Positions 16,240-24,924 of a stretch of DNA of 64,000 nt are shown here, one piece after another (the first letter of the stretch is position 1; each line of letters opens with the position of its first letter). The notes under the pieces were generated by a model. The model saw nothing but the letters and a program-made list of their open reading frames with translations, did not search any database and was not told where the DNA came from. The DNA is from Thermoanaerobaculia bacterium (GTDB lineage: Bacteria > Acidobacteriota > Thermoanaerobaculia > UBA5066 > Gp7-AA6). The position numbers and the translations under genes were made by a program. The DNA lies in assembly GCA_038239305.1 (NCBI GenBank), contig JBBSEW010000003.1, positions 51,022-115,021 of the forward strand. The letters run 5' to 3'.

Positions 16240-16944
16240 TCATTCGTCCCAGGCGGCCGACGCGAGCAGGTAGGCGCCGCACGCCGCCGCGCCGTCATAG
16301 GCGACGAGAACGCGCAGGGTGGTCCAGGGGATCTCTCCCCGGGAGGCGGCCACCGTCGCCGCTATCGCGCCGAGCAGCAGTGGAGCGACGAGAGGGAAAG
16401 AGACGATGACGAAGAGGACGCTCTTCTGGGACGCGCGGGCGACGAGAGCGGAAAGGAAGGTCGAGACGATCGAGAGCCCGACGCCGGCGAGAACGAGCAC
16501 CGCGACGAGTGCGAGCGGGGACTCGATCCTCCAGCCGAGCAGCAGCGCGAATGCCGGAACCGTCAGCACGGCTATTGCGAGGAACAGGATCGAGTTGAAG
16601 AGCGCCTTGCCCGCCAGGACGGCGGCAGCCGGGGCGACCCGCCGGAGGGCTAGCGCGGTTCCGCTCTCTTCCTCCCGGACGAACGCCCTCGGAAGCCCCG
16701 TCGCGGCCGAGAAGAAGAGCACGATCCAGAGGAGCGCCGAGCAGACCGTGTCCCGGCCTTCCGCGGGCAATCCGAACGGGCCGATCGCGAAGGACACGAG
16801 CGTGAGACATGCGGCGGCGAAGAAGAGGACCGAGGCCGCGGCAACCCTCCGCCGCAGCTCCACAGCCGCGTCCTTGCGGCAGATTGCGAAGGCCCGCCGC
16901 GCGAGCCCTGTCTCCGCGGAGAGAGTCCCGGCACCCTGGCTCAT
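16240..16944 (-). CDS. ccmB: Heme exporter permease CcmB
   Basis: ATG at 16944 overlaps the ccmA stop (ATGA). A 234-aa six-TM protein in the ccm context. Confidence 0.8.
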   Translation of the reverse strand: MSQGAGTLSAETGLARRAFAICRKDAAVELRRRVAAASVLFFAAACLTLVSFAIGPFGLPAEGRDTVCSALLWIVLFFSAATGLPRAFVREEESGTALALRRVAPAAAVLAGKALFNSILFLAIAVLTVPAFALLLGWRIESPLALVAVLVLAGVGLSIVSTFLSALVARASQKSVLFVIVSFPLVAPLLLGAIAATVAASRGEIPWTTLRVLVAYDGAAACGAYLLASAAWDE

Positions 16945-17615
16945 CGTCCGCCTCCGAGTGCGAGCGTCTGGTCGGGAGTTTCGAAGTCCCGCGCGTCGTT
17001 CGACGCGAGAATCACGGCGCCCTCTCTTCGGCTCGCCTCGACGAGGCGCGAAGCGATCTCCCGTCCGGAAGCGTCCAGGCCGTTCATCGGCTCGTCGAGC
17101 AGGAGGATCGGCGAATCGAAGAGCGTCGCGAGGGCGAGCCGGAGCCGCTGCTTCATTCCGGTCGAAAAGGCTCCGACGGCCTTCTCGGCGGCGTCGGAGA
17201 GCCCGACGTCGGCGAGCCGGGATCGGATTTCGTCGGGATGCGCGGGCCGCCCGCCAGCTCGCCGGAAGAAGGAGAGATTCTCGAGCGCGGACAGGTCCTC
17301 GTAGAACGCGAGGTCGGGTCCCGCCCACCCGATCGCGTGGCGGCGCATGTCGCCCGCCAGCTCGCGCGTGGCCTCGCCCTCGCCCCCGCCCTCGCCCCCG
17401 CCCTGGCTTTCCTCCTGCGGGCGAGTCCGGATCCGCAGAGTTCCCGCATCGGCCCGCAGGAGACCCGCGAGGATCTTCAGGAGCGTCGTCTTGCCGCTGC
17501 CGTTCTCCCCGGAAACGGCGACGAGACCGCGGTCGACCGTGAGCGACACGCCGGAGAAGATGCGCCGCCCGCCCCAGGACTTGGCGAGCCCCTCGGCCGC
17601 GAGCGTGGTTCGCAT
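16941..17615 (-). CDS. ccmA: Heme ABC exporter ATP-binding protein CcmA
   Basis: ATG at 17615 (MRTTLAAEGL...). Walker A GENGSGKTT, signature FSTGMKQR, Walker B LLLDEP. It contains an acidic/Gly insertion, QGGGEGGGEGE. Confidence 0.85.
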   Translation of the reverse strand: MRTTLAAEGLAKSWGGRRIFSGVSLTVDRGLVAVSGENGSGKTTLLKILAGLLRADAGTLRIRTRPQEESQGGGEGGGEGEATRELAGDMRRHAIGWAGPDLAFYEDLSALENLSFFRRAGGRPAHPDEIRSRLADVGLSDAAEKAVGAFSTGMKQRLRLALATLFDSPILLLDEPMNGLDASGREIASRLVEASRREGAVILASNDARDFETPDQTLALGGGR

Positions 17616-17715
17616 GTGTTGAGGTGAGTCTAAGCGGCCACGACCGCCGGCCGCATCTCTTCTTCCGGCGGCGGACGCAACCTTCGTCAGAGGAGGGCTG
17701 ACAGGAGACACCTTC

Positions 17716-17744
17716 TTGAAAGGTCCCATACCCTTCTATATGAT
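17716..17744 (+). promoter_or_regulatory. Sigma70-like promoter for the cox cluster (TTGAAA-N17-TATGAT)
   Basis: -35 at 17716..17721 and -10 at 17739..17744 with 17-nt spacing, ~110 nt upstream of the first cox-cluster gene. Confidence 0.4.
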
Positions 17745-17857
17745 CCCGGCGTTCCCATGACTCAACCGCTCTCGGCGCTCGGGACCTCGTTGACGCTCGC
17801 GAAAACCCATCGCTGCCGACGCCGTTTCCGAGGCTCGAGGCTTCAAGGAGAAGTTTG

Positions 17858-18667
17858 ATGTTGAAGCGTGCCCTGTATCTGTTGCTTCTCGTTCCCGCGC
17901 TGACGGTGACTCTCGTGGGCTGCGGCGGCAAGGACGAAGACGCCGACGCCGACGAGGACACGACTCCGACCGCGAAAACGGCGGCGACGACGGCCGCCCC
18001 CGCGGGAGGCGCCGCCGCTGCCCCGGCCGCCACCGGCGGTGCGACGGTCACCGGCAAAGTCGCCTTCGCGGGCGGTGCGCCGGCGAAAGAGCAGATCAAG
18101 ATGGACGCGGACGCCTTCTGCAAGGCCGCGCATTCGGGCCCGGTGTACACGGAGGAAGCCGTCGTCAACGGAAACGGGACGCTCGAATGGGCGCTCGTCT
18201 ACGTCAAGGACATGAAGGGCAATTTCGCGGCTCCCGCGCAGGCCGTGACGCTCGACCAGCGCGGCTGCCAGTATCACCCGCACGTTTTCGGTATCCAGGC
18301 GGGGCAGGACCTCAAGATCATCAACAGCGACGGCACGCTGCACAACATCCACGCGCTGCCCAAGGTGAACGCGGAATTCAACATCGGACAGCCGTTTCCG
18401 AAGATGGAGACCGTCAAGAAGTTCGACAAGCCAGAGGTTCCCGTGCGGTTCAAGTGCGACGTCCACAAGTGGATGGGCGCCTACTGCGGCGTGTTCAGCC
18501 ATCCGTTCTTCGCCACGACGAACGATCAGGGAACATTCGAGATCAAGAATCTTCCGCCGGGCACGTACACGATCGAAGCCTGGCACGAGAAGTACGGGAC
18601 GCAGGATCAGACCGTAACGGTCGGCGGCTCGGACACGAAGACCGTCGACTTCAGCTTCAAGGGCTAA
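17858..18667 (+). CDS. Lipoprotein with an amicyanin-like cupredoxin domain and a C-terminal CarboxypepD_reg-like domain
   Basis: AAGGAG (17845..17850) precedes ATG 17858. Lipobox LVGC. Candidate type-1 Cu ligands are HNIH ... CDVHKWM (C-x2-H-x2-M). The C-terminal part is GTFEIKNLPPGTYTIEAWHE. Confidence 0.65.
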   Translation: MLKRALYLLLLVPALTVTLVGCGGKDEDADADEDTTPTAKTAATTAAPAGGAAAAPAATGGATVTGKVAFAGGAPAKEQIKMDADAFCKAAHSGPVYTEEAVVNGNGTLEWALVYVKDMKGNFAAPAQAVTLDQRGCQYHPHVFGIQAGQDLKIINSDGTLHNIHALPKVNAEFNIGQPFPKMETVKKFDKPEVPVRFKCDVHKWMGAYCGVFSHPFFATTNDQGTFEIKNLPPGTYTIEAWHEKYGTQDQTVTVGGSDTKTVDFSFKG

Positions 18668-18691
18668 CCGGCTTTCGAGACGGATGACGCC

Positions 18692-19621
18692 GTGAACGAC
18701 ACCAGACCGCCCGCCGCACGCGCCGCCCGGATCGTCCGGACGGCGCTGTTCGCGTTACCTCTCCTGTTCCTCGCTGCCTCGGCGATGGCGTCGGCCTCGG
18801 GCTCCGCCGGCTCCGTCCTTCCGCGGTGGATGCATCTCCCCGCCGGCGAGTCGAGCTACAGCGCCAAGATCGACGGCATGTTCCACCTCATTACGTGGAT
18901 CACAGGCGTGGTCTTCGTGCTCGTCGAGGGAACGCTTCTCCTCTTCCTGTTCCGTTACCGGCGCCAGGAAGGGAAGAAGGCGCAGTACACGCACGGGAAC
19001 AACCGGCTCGAGGTCATCTGGACGATCATCCCGGCCCTGATTTGCGTCGTTCTCGCCCTCATGTCGCGTCGCACGTGGGCCGACATCAAGCAGAACATGC
19101 CAAAAGACGCGATGCCGATCGAGATCACGGGCGAGCAATTCTCATGGACGATCCGGTATCCCGGGCCGGACCGCCAGTTCGGCACGGCCGACGACATCGT
19201 TTCTCTCAATCAGCTCCACTTTCCGGTGGGCCGCCCCGTCGTCGCGACTCTGCGGTCGAAGGACGTCATCCACTCCTTCTTCCTGCCGGAGTTTCGCGTC
19301 AAGCAGGACGCGGTGCCCGGCATGTCGACGCGGATCTGGTTCGACGGCATGCACACCGGCCACTGGGAAATCGCCTGCGCCGAGCTCTGCGGCCTCGGCC
19401 ACTACCGCATGAAGGGATTCGTGACGGTCGAGACGCCGGAGGAATTCGACAAGTGGCTGGCCTCCCAGGCTCCCGAATCCGCCGCGGCCGCCACGCCGCC
19501 TCAGGAAGCGCAACCTGCACCGTCCGCGATGCCCCCGGCCGCGAGGAAGCCCGATGCGGGCCCGCCTGTACCCGAAACATCGCCGGCTCCGGCCGGCCAG
19601 GAGGCGAAACCAGTCTCATGA
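18692..19621 (+). CDS. ctaC: Cytochrome c oxidase subunit II (no fused cytochrome c domain)
   Basis: Two N-terminal TMs and a CuA site HSFF...CAELCGLGHYRM. The C-terminus is Pro/Ala-rich with no CxxCH. Confidence 0.9.
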   Translation: MNDTRPPAARAARIVRTALFALPLLFLAASAMASASGSAGSVLPRWMHLPAGESSYSAKIDGMFHLITWITGVVFVLVEGTLLLFLFRYRRQEGKKAQYTHGNNRLEVIWTIIPALICVVLALMSRRTWADIKQNMPKDAMPIEITGEQFSWTIRYPGPDRQFGTADDIVSLNQLHFPVGRPVVATLRSKDVIHSFFLPEFRVKQDAVPGMSTRIWFDGMHTGHWEIACAELCGLGHYRMKGFVTVETPEEFDKWLASQAPESAAAATPPQEAQPAPSAMPPAARKPDAGPPVPETSPAPAGQEAKPVS

Positions 19622-21393
19622 GCACTGTCGCCATCGCTCACGAACACGCTCCCGGGGTGCACGCGGCCCCGACCTCCTTCTGGCGGAAGTACATCTTCTC
19701 GCTCGACCACAAGGTGATCGGCAAGCAGTACATGTTCTACGCCCTCTTCATGCTGGTCGTGGGAGGGCTGCTCGCGACGCTCGTCCGGTGGCAGCTCGCG
19801 TGGCCCGGCAAGGCGATCCCCTTCATGGGCAAGCTCGCTCCGGAGGGGATGCCGGGCGGCCAGATGCTCCCCGAGTTCTACAACTCGCTCTTCACCATGC
19901 ACGCGACGATCATGATCTTCTTCGCGATCATGCCGCTCCTGATCGGGGCGTTCGGGAACTACGTCGTCCCGATCCAGATCGGCGCGCGCGACATGGCGTT
20001 TCCCGTTCTCAACATGGCGTCGTTCTGGACGGCCGTGCCGGGCGCGGTCGTCATCATCTGGTCCTTCTTCGTCACGGGAGGTGCCGCCGCCGGCGGCTGG
20101 ACCTCGTACGCGCCGCTCTCCGCGATCCAACCGAAGGGGCAGACGCTCTGGCTCATAGCCCTGTTGATTCTCGGACTGTCGTCTCTCCTGACGTCGGTCA
20201 ACTTCATCACGACGATCGTCAACATGCGCGCGCCGGGGATGACGTTTTTCCGGATGCCCCTGACCACGTGGGCGCTCTTCATCACGGCGATCCTGCTTCT
20301 CCTCGCGCTCCCGGTCCTGTCGGGCGCGATGATCATGCTGCTCTTCGACCGCATCCTCGGGACGACGTTCTTCCTGCCGGCCGGTCTCGTCGTGTCCGGT
20401 GAGAAGTGGAAGAACGCGGGCGGCGGACAGGCGCTTCTCTGGCAGCACCTGTTCTGGTTCTTCGGGCATCCTGAGGTGTACATCATGATTCTGCCCGCGA
20501 TGGGGATCACTTCGGAGATCCTCCCCGTGTTCTCGCGCAAGCCCGTGTTCGGCTATCGCGCGATGGCGTACTCGATGATGGGGATCGCCGGCCTCGGCTT
20601 CATCGTGTGGGGCCACCACATGTTCCAGAGCGGCATGAACCCGCTCCTCGGGACGACGTTCATGATTTCCACGATGGTGATCGCGGTGCCCTCCGCAATC
20701 AAGACGTTCAACTGGCTGGGAACCCTCTGGGGCGGCAGCATCAGCTTCACCACGCCGATGCTGAACGCGCTGTCGTTCGTGGCGATGTTCGTGATCGGAG
20801 GGCTGTCGGGCATTTTCATGGCCTCGACTCCCGTCGACATCTTCATCCACGACACGTACTTCATCGTCGGGCACATCCACTACGTGCTCTTCGGAGGCTC
20901 GCTCTTCGGGGCATTTGCCGGCCTGTATTTCTGGTACCCGAAGATGTTCGGCCGGATGATGAACGAGACGTGGGGCCGGATTCACTGGGCGCTCACGTTC
21001 GTCTGCTTCAACCTCGTCTTCTTCCCGATGCACTTTCTGGGGATGCGCGGCATGCAGCGCCGGATCTACTCGTATCTCGAGTACGAGCACCTGAAGGACC
21101 TGCAGCCGATGAACCAGTTCATGACGATCTCGCTCTTCGTGCTCGGCGCCGCGCAGGTGATCCTGGTCCTGAATTTCTTCCTGTCGATGCGGCGGGGCAA
21201 GCTCGCCGGTCCGAATCCCTGGCGCGCGAACACGCTCGAGTGGCAGACGCCATCCCCTCCTCCCCATGAGAATTTTCGCGAGATCCCGACCGTCTATCGA
21301 GGGCCCTACGAGTTTTCGGCGCCCGAACGGGCCGACGACCACTGGCCGCAGGACGAGCCGCCCGCGGGGACCGCTCCGGCGCGCGCGCACTGA
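19618..21393 (+). CDS. ctaD: Cytochrome c oxidase subunit I
   Basis: ATG at 19618 overlaps the ctaC stop (ATGA). Heme-copper oxidase signatures WFFGHPEVYI and HHMF; 12+ TM helices. Confidence 0.95.
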   Translation: MSTVAIAHEHAPGVHAAPTSFWRKYIFSLDHKVIGKQYMFYALFMLVVGGLLATLVRWQLAWPGKAIPFMGKLAPEGMPGGQMLPEFYNSLFTMHATIMIFFAIMPLLIGAFGNYVVPIQIGARDMAFPVLNMASFWTAVPGAVVIIWSFFVTGGAAAGGWTSYAPLSAIQPKGQTLWLIALLILGLSSLLTSVNFITTIVNMRAPGMTFFRMPLTTWALFITAILLLLALPVLSGAMIMLLFDRILGTTFFLPAGLVVSGEKWKNAGGGQALLWQHLFWFFGHPEVYIMILPAMGITSEILPVFSRKPVFGYRAMAYSMMGIAGLGFIVWGHHMFQSGMNPLLGTTFMISTMVIAVPSAIKTFNWLGTLWGGSISFTTPMLNALSFVAMFVIGGLSGIFMASTPVDIFIHDTYFIVGHIHYVLFGGSLFGAFAGLYFWYPKMFGRMMNETWGRIHWALTFVCFNLVFFPMHFLGMRGMQRRIYSYLEYEHLKDLQPMNQFMTISLFVLGAAQVILVLNFFLSMRRGKLAGPNPWRANTLEWQTPSPPPHENFREIPTVYRGPYEFSAPERADDHWPQDEPPAGTAPARAH

Positions 21394-21441
21394 ACGTGGG
21401 TGGGCGCACGCGAAACGGGACACGGAAAACGCCGGGACGAA

Positions 21442-22395
21442 ATGCGTAATATCGGGCTTCATCGGCTTGCGGTCGTCACGGCGCTTGCGACGGTTCTCCT
21501 CATCACGGCGGGAGGGCTCGTCACATCGACCGAGTCGGGGCTTTCCGTGCCGGACTGGCCTCTCTCCTACGGCCGCCTGATGCCCCCGATGGTCGGCGGA
21601 ATCTTCTACGAGCACGGACATCGGATGGTCGCGACCGCCGTCGGATTGCTCACCGTCGTGCTCGCGATCTGGCTCGCGCGGCGCGAGCCGCGGGCCTGGG
21701 TGCGGCGGCTCGGTTACGCCGCAGTCGGCACCGTGATCGCGCAGGGGATACTCGGCGGCCTGACGGTCCTGTTTCTCCTTCCCACGGCGATTTCCGTCGC
21801 ACACGCGTGCCTGGCCCAGACGTTCTTCTGCCTCGTCGTCACGCTGGCCGTCGTCACGTCGCCGCGATGGCGCGACGGGCGTAATGCGGAACCCTCTGCC
21901 GTATCGCATGCCGGCGCCTGGGCGGTGCTGGCGATCTTCGCGCAGCTTCTGATCGGCGCGATCATGCGCCACGACAAGGCCGGGCTCGCGATCCCCGACT
22001 TCCCGCTCGCGTTCGGAAGGATCGTTCCTCCAATCCACTCGTTCGCCGTGGCGATTCACTTCGCGCACCGCGTCTGGGCGCTCGTCGTCGCGGGGTGCGT
22101 CCTGAACTTTCTGGTCGCGGCATGGCGATCCGGACGGGTCGGCATGCGGCGCACGGCGCTCATCCTCGGCGGCGGGGTTCTCGCGCAGATCGCGCTCGGC
22201 GCGGCGACGGTCCTGACGCAGAAGGCGGTTCCGGTCGCGACCGCGCACGTCGTCACGGGCGCCCTGCTGCTCGGCACGGCCCTCGCGATGACGCTGGGAT
22301 CCAGGCGGATTCCCCTTCCCCGCGGGCAGCGGCAACCGGACGGCCGGCCGGCGCGGACCACGCTTCCCGAGACCGGAGCCATCGCGTGGAAGTAG
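21442..22395 (+). CDS. ctaA: Heme A synthase (COX15/CtaA family)
   Basis: MRNIGLHRLAVVT...GLSVPDWPLSYG...HGHRM, with eight TMs and conserved His pairs. The ORF-track start at 21400 is the alternative. Confidence 0.85.
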   Translation: MRNIGLHRLAVVTALATVLLITAGGLVTSTESGLSVPDWPLSYGRLMPPMVGGIFYEHGHRMVATAVGLLTVVLAIWLARREPRAWVRRLGYAAVGTVIAQGILGGLTVLFLLPTAISVAHACLAQTFFCLVVTLAVVTSPRWRDGRNAEPSAVSHAGAWAVLAIFAQLLIGAIMRHDKAGLAIPDFPLAFGRIVPPIHSFAVAIHFAHRVWALVVAGCVLNFLVAAWRSGRVGMRRTALILGGGVLAQIALGAATVLTQKAVPVATAHVVTGALLLGTALAMTLGSRRIPLPRGQRQPDGRPARTTLPETGAIAWK

Positions 22396-23273
22396 CGCGA
22401 GCCGCGGGGCTGGAAGAGGCACGGGTTCCCTCGCGGGCGCTCGACTTCCTGGAGCTCGCGAAACCCCGAATCACCTCCCTGGTGGTCGTTACGGCCGCCG
22501 TCGGTTATGCCGTGGGCCCCGGGGAGTTTCATGCCGCCCCGTTCCTCGCGCTCGTGCTCGGGACGGCTCTCGTGTCCGGAGGCGCGTCCGCCCTGAACCA
22601 GGTGTGGGAGCGGGTTCCCGATGCGTTGATGGAGCGCACGCGAAACCGCCCCGTGGCCGCCGGCCGGATCTCGCCCGGCGACGGGCGCATGTTTGGCCTG
22701 ATTCTCTGCGGGTTCGGTCTCGCGCTCCTGACCGCTGCGCATCCGGTCGCCGCGCTCCTCGGCCTCGCGGCGGCCGTCAGCTACGTGCTGGCGTACACGC
22801 CTCTCAAGCGGCGGACTTCTCTCTGCACCGTCGTCGGGGCGATCCCGGGAGCGCTGCCGCCGATGATGGGCTGGGCCGCCTGCCGGGGCACGATCGATGC
22901 GGGAGCGTGGGCTCTTTTCGCGCTGATGTTTCTCTGGCAGCTCCCGCATTTCCTGGCGATCGGCTGGATTTTCCGCGAGGACTACGCGCGCGGCGGCTTC
23001 CCGATGCTGACGGTGACGGACAAGGACGGCGCGTCGACCGGGCGCCAGATGATCCTGTACTCGGCGGCCCTGATTCCCGTGACGCTCTACGCGGGCGCGC
23101 TCGCGGGGGCGGGTCGGGGGTACCTGTGGAGCGCGCTCGCGCTCGGCCTCGTGTTCCTCGGGTTCGCGGTGCGGTTCGCCTGGGTGAAGACGGTGCGAGC
23201 GGCGCGATTCCTGTTTCTCGTGTCCGTGGTGTATCTCCCGGTCCTCCTCGGGCTCATGGTGTTCGACCGATGA
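22386..23273 (+). CDS. ctaB: Protoheme IX farnesyltransferase (heme O synthase)
   Basis: The GTG at 22386 overlaps the ctaA end. UbiA-family motifs NQVWERVPDALMERTRNRP and YTPLKRRT. Confidence 0.9.
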   Translation: MEVARAAGLEEARVPSRALDFLELAKPRITSLVVVTAAVGYAVGPGEFHAAPFLALVLGTALVSGGASALNQVWERVPDALMERTRNRPVAAGRISPGDGRMFGLILCGFGLALLTAAHPVAALLGLAAAVSYVLAYTPLKRRTSLCTVVGAIPGALPPMMGWAACRGTIDAGAWALFALMFLWQLPHFLAIGWIFREDYARGGFPMLTVTDKDGASTGRQMILYSAALIPVTLYAGALAGAGRGYLWSALALGLVFLGFAVRFAWVKTVRAARFLFLVSVVYLPVLLGLMVFDR

Positions 23274-23389
23274 CCGGCGTGCCGCTGGCAGTGCGAAAGG
23301 GCTGGACGGTCCTCCTGATCGTTCTCGTCGCGGGCGTGTTGTTTTTCGGGTCGATTCTCTTCATCCTGTCGCGGGCCCCGAGCCCGTAA
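23270..23389 (+). CDS. Small single-pass membrane protein (39 aa) in the cox cluster
   Basis: The ATG at 23270 overlaps the ctaB stop (ATGA). MTGVPLAVRKGWTVLLIVLVAGVLFFGSILFILSRAPSP shows G/C-rich third positions. Confidence 0.5.
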   Translation: MTGVPLAVRKGWTVLLIVLVAGVLFFGSILFILSRAPSP

Positions 23390-23403
23390 ACGGAAGGACG
23401 ACG

Positions 23404-23736
23404 ATGGCGACGAACGAGACGATTCAGGGAGCCGGGAAAGTGGAAGGCGAGCCGGGCCACCTCCACAAGGCGCCGAACTACATGGCGATCTTCTGGTGGC
23501 TCGCGGGCTTCACCGCCTTCGAGGTGGCGTACTCGACGATCATCCAGCCGCCGAAGGTGATGCTGATCACGGGTCTCGTCGTCCTCGCCGGCATCAAGGC
23601 GGTCCTCGTAGCGCTCTACTTCATGCACCTGGTCTTCGAGCGCAAGCTGCTCGGGATCCTGTTCGCCTCGACCCTCATTCTGGGATTGATCCTCGTATCC
23701 GTCGGCATGGCGGAGCATTTCCTGCCGCGGCCATAG
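23404..23736 (+). CDS. Cytochrome c oxidase subunit IV family protein (bacterial CtaF/CoxD type)
   Basis: 110 aa with three TMs. The motif KAVLVALYFMHL is typical of the prokaryotic subunit IV family. Confidence 0.75.
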   Translation: MATNETIQGAGKVEGEPGHLHKAPNYMAIFWWLAGFTAFEVAYSTIIQPPKVMLITGLVVLAGIKAVLVALYFMHLVFERKLLGILFASTLILGLILVSVGMAEHFLPRP

Positions 23737-23746
23737 GGAGCCCGGC

Positions 23747-23790
23747 GGGAAACGGAAAACGGGAAACGGGAAACGACGACGGAAAACGGG
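23747..23790. repeat. 7-bp tandem array (GGGAAAC/GGAAAAC, reverse complement of the CGTTTCC family)
   Basis: Direct reading. It fills the 67-nt spacer between the subunit IV and subunit III genes. Confidence 0.9.
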
Positions 23791-23803
23791 AGCCTAGACA
23801 CTG

Positions 23804-24412
23804 ATGGAACATGCAGTCGCCCTCTCCGCTTCGCACGGACACGCCGAAGAGGAATACACCACGACCGGAATTCCCCACGACAAAATGGGGATGTGGATCT
23901 TCCTCTGCTCGGAGGTCATGTTCTTCACGGGCCTGATCGGCGCGTACATCGTGCTCCGGTTCGCAAGCCCGCTCTGGCCCCAGCCCAGCACGATCCTGAA
24001 CATCCCTCTCACGGCGTTCAACACGTTCGTCCTGATCTGCTCGTCCGTGACGATGGTCCAGGCTCTCGCGGCGGTCCAGCGCGCCGACTACCGGAAGATG
24101 AAGCTCTTCCTCTGCCTCACCGTTCTCGGGGGAGCGCTTTTCCTGTCGATCCAGGCCGTCGAGTACTGGAAGCTTCTCCACGAGGGCTTCAATCCGCACG
24201 TCAGCCTCTTCGGATCGATCTTCTTCACGACGACCGGTTTTCACGGCTTCCACGTTTTCTGCGGGGTCGTGTGCATGGCATTCGTGACGGGGAAGGCGCT
24301 GCTCGGCAAGTACACGCAGGCGAACCACCAGGGGATCGAGACGATCGGGCTGTACTGGCATTTCGTGGACCTCGTCTGGATCGTGCTCTTCACGATCATC
24401 TATCTCTTTTGA
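23804..24412 (+). CDS. ctaE: Cytochrome c oxidase subunit III
   Basis: 202 aa, five TMs, and typical MWIFLCSEVMFF and FHGFHV motifs. Confidence 0.9.
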   Translation: MEHAVALSASHGHAEEEYTTTGIPHDKMGMWIFLCSEVMFFTGLIGAYIVLRFASPLWPQPSTILNIPLTAFNTFVLICSSVTMVQALAAVQRADYRKMKLFLCLTVLGGALFLSIQAVEYWKLLHEGFNPHVSLFGSIFFTTTGFHGFHVFCGVVCMAFVTGKALLGKYTQANHQGIETIGLYWHFVDLVWIVLFTIIYLF

Positions 24413-24470
24413 CGGGCGCGGATCGACTGGCGGGCGCGGTCCCCTCGACCAAAGACCGGCCGGCGCAGAG

Positions 24471-24911
24471 GTGAGGTTCGCTCTCGCCGATGTGCCGGCG
24501 CTGAACGCCACCCTGAACGGCGCGAGCGCCCTCTTTCTCCTGCTCGGCTGGTTCTCCGTCCGCGGCGGCCGCATCGAGCGGCACCGGCGCTGGATGCTGA
24601 CGGCGGCGGCGACTTCGACCGTCTTTCTCGCGTCGTACGTCGCGTATCACCTGCGCGTCGGGTCCGTCCGGTTCACGGGCCAGGGGACGGTGAGGACGGT
24701 TTACTTCTCGATCCTGCTGACGCACACGGTGCTCGCGATTGTGATCGTGCCGTTCGTTCTCCGGACCCTGTACCTTGGCTTGAAGCGGCAGGACGACCGG
24801 CACCGGCGGATCGCCCGGTGGACGTTTCCGATGTGGCTCTACGTGTCGGTCACGGGCGTGGTCGTGTACTGGATGCTCTACCGGCTTTACCCGCCCGGCG
24901 CGATCCGGTAG
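24471..24911 (+). CDS. DUF420 family membrane protein (CtaM-like)
   Basis: GTG start; 146 aa with four TMs. The sequence HRRWMLTAAATSTVFLASYVAYH...ILLTHTVLA is typical of DUF420, and it lies in the cox context. Confidence 0.75.
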   Translation: MRFALADVPALNATLNGASALFLLLGWFSVRGGRIERHRRWMLTAAATSTVFLASYVAYHLRVGSVRFTGQGTVRTVYFSILLTHTVLAIVIVPFVLRTLYLGLKRQDDRHRRIARWTFPMWLYVSVTGVVVYWMLYRLYPPGAIR

Positions 24912-24924
24912 GATTTTGGCGCTG

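Noticed and set aside
16240-18168. 642-aa ORF suggesting a large fusion protein that ends in CcmB.
   Set aside because: The N-terminal 400 residues are low-complexity Arg/Ala/Pro sequence. They overlap ccmA in another frame and are antisense to the cupredoxin gene. CcmB starts at 16944 with an ATGA overlap to ccmA.
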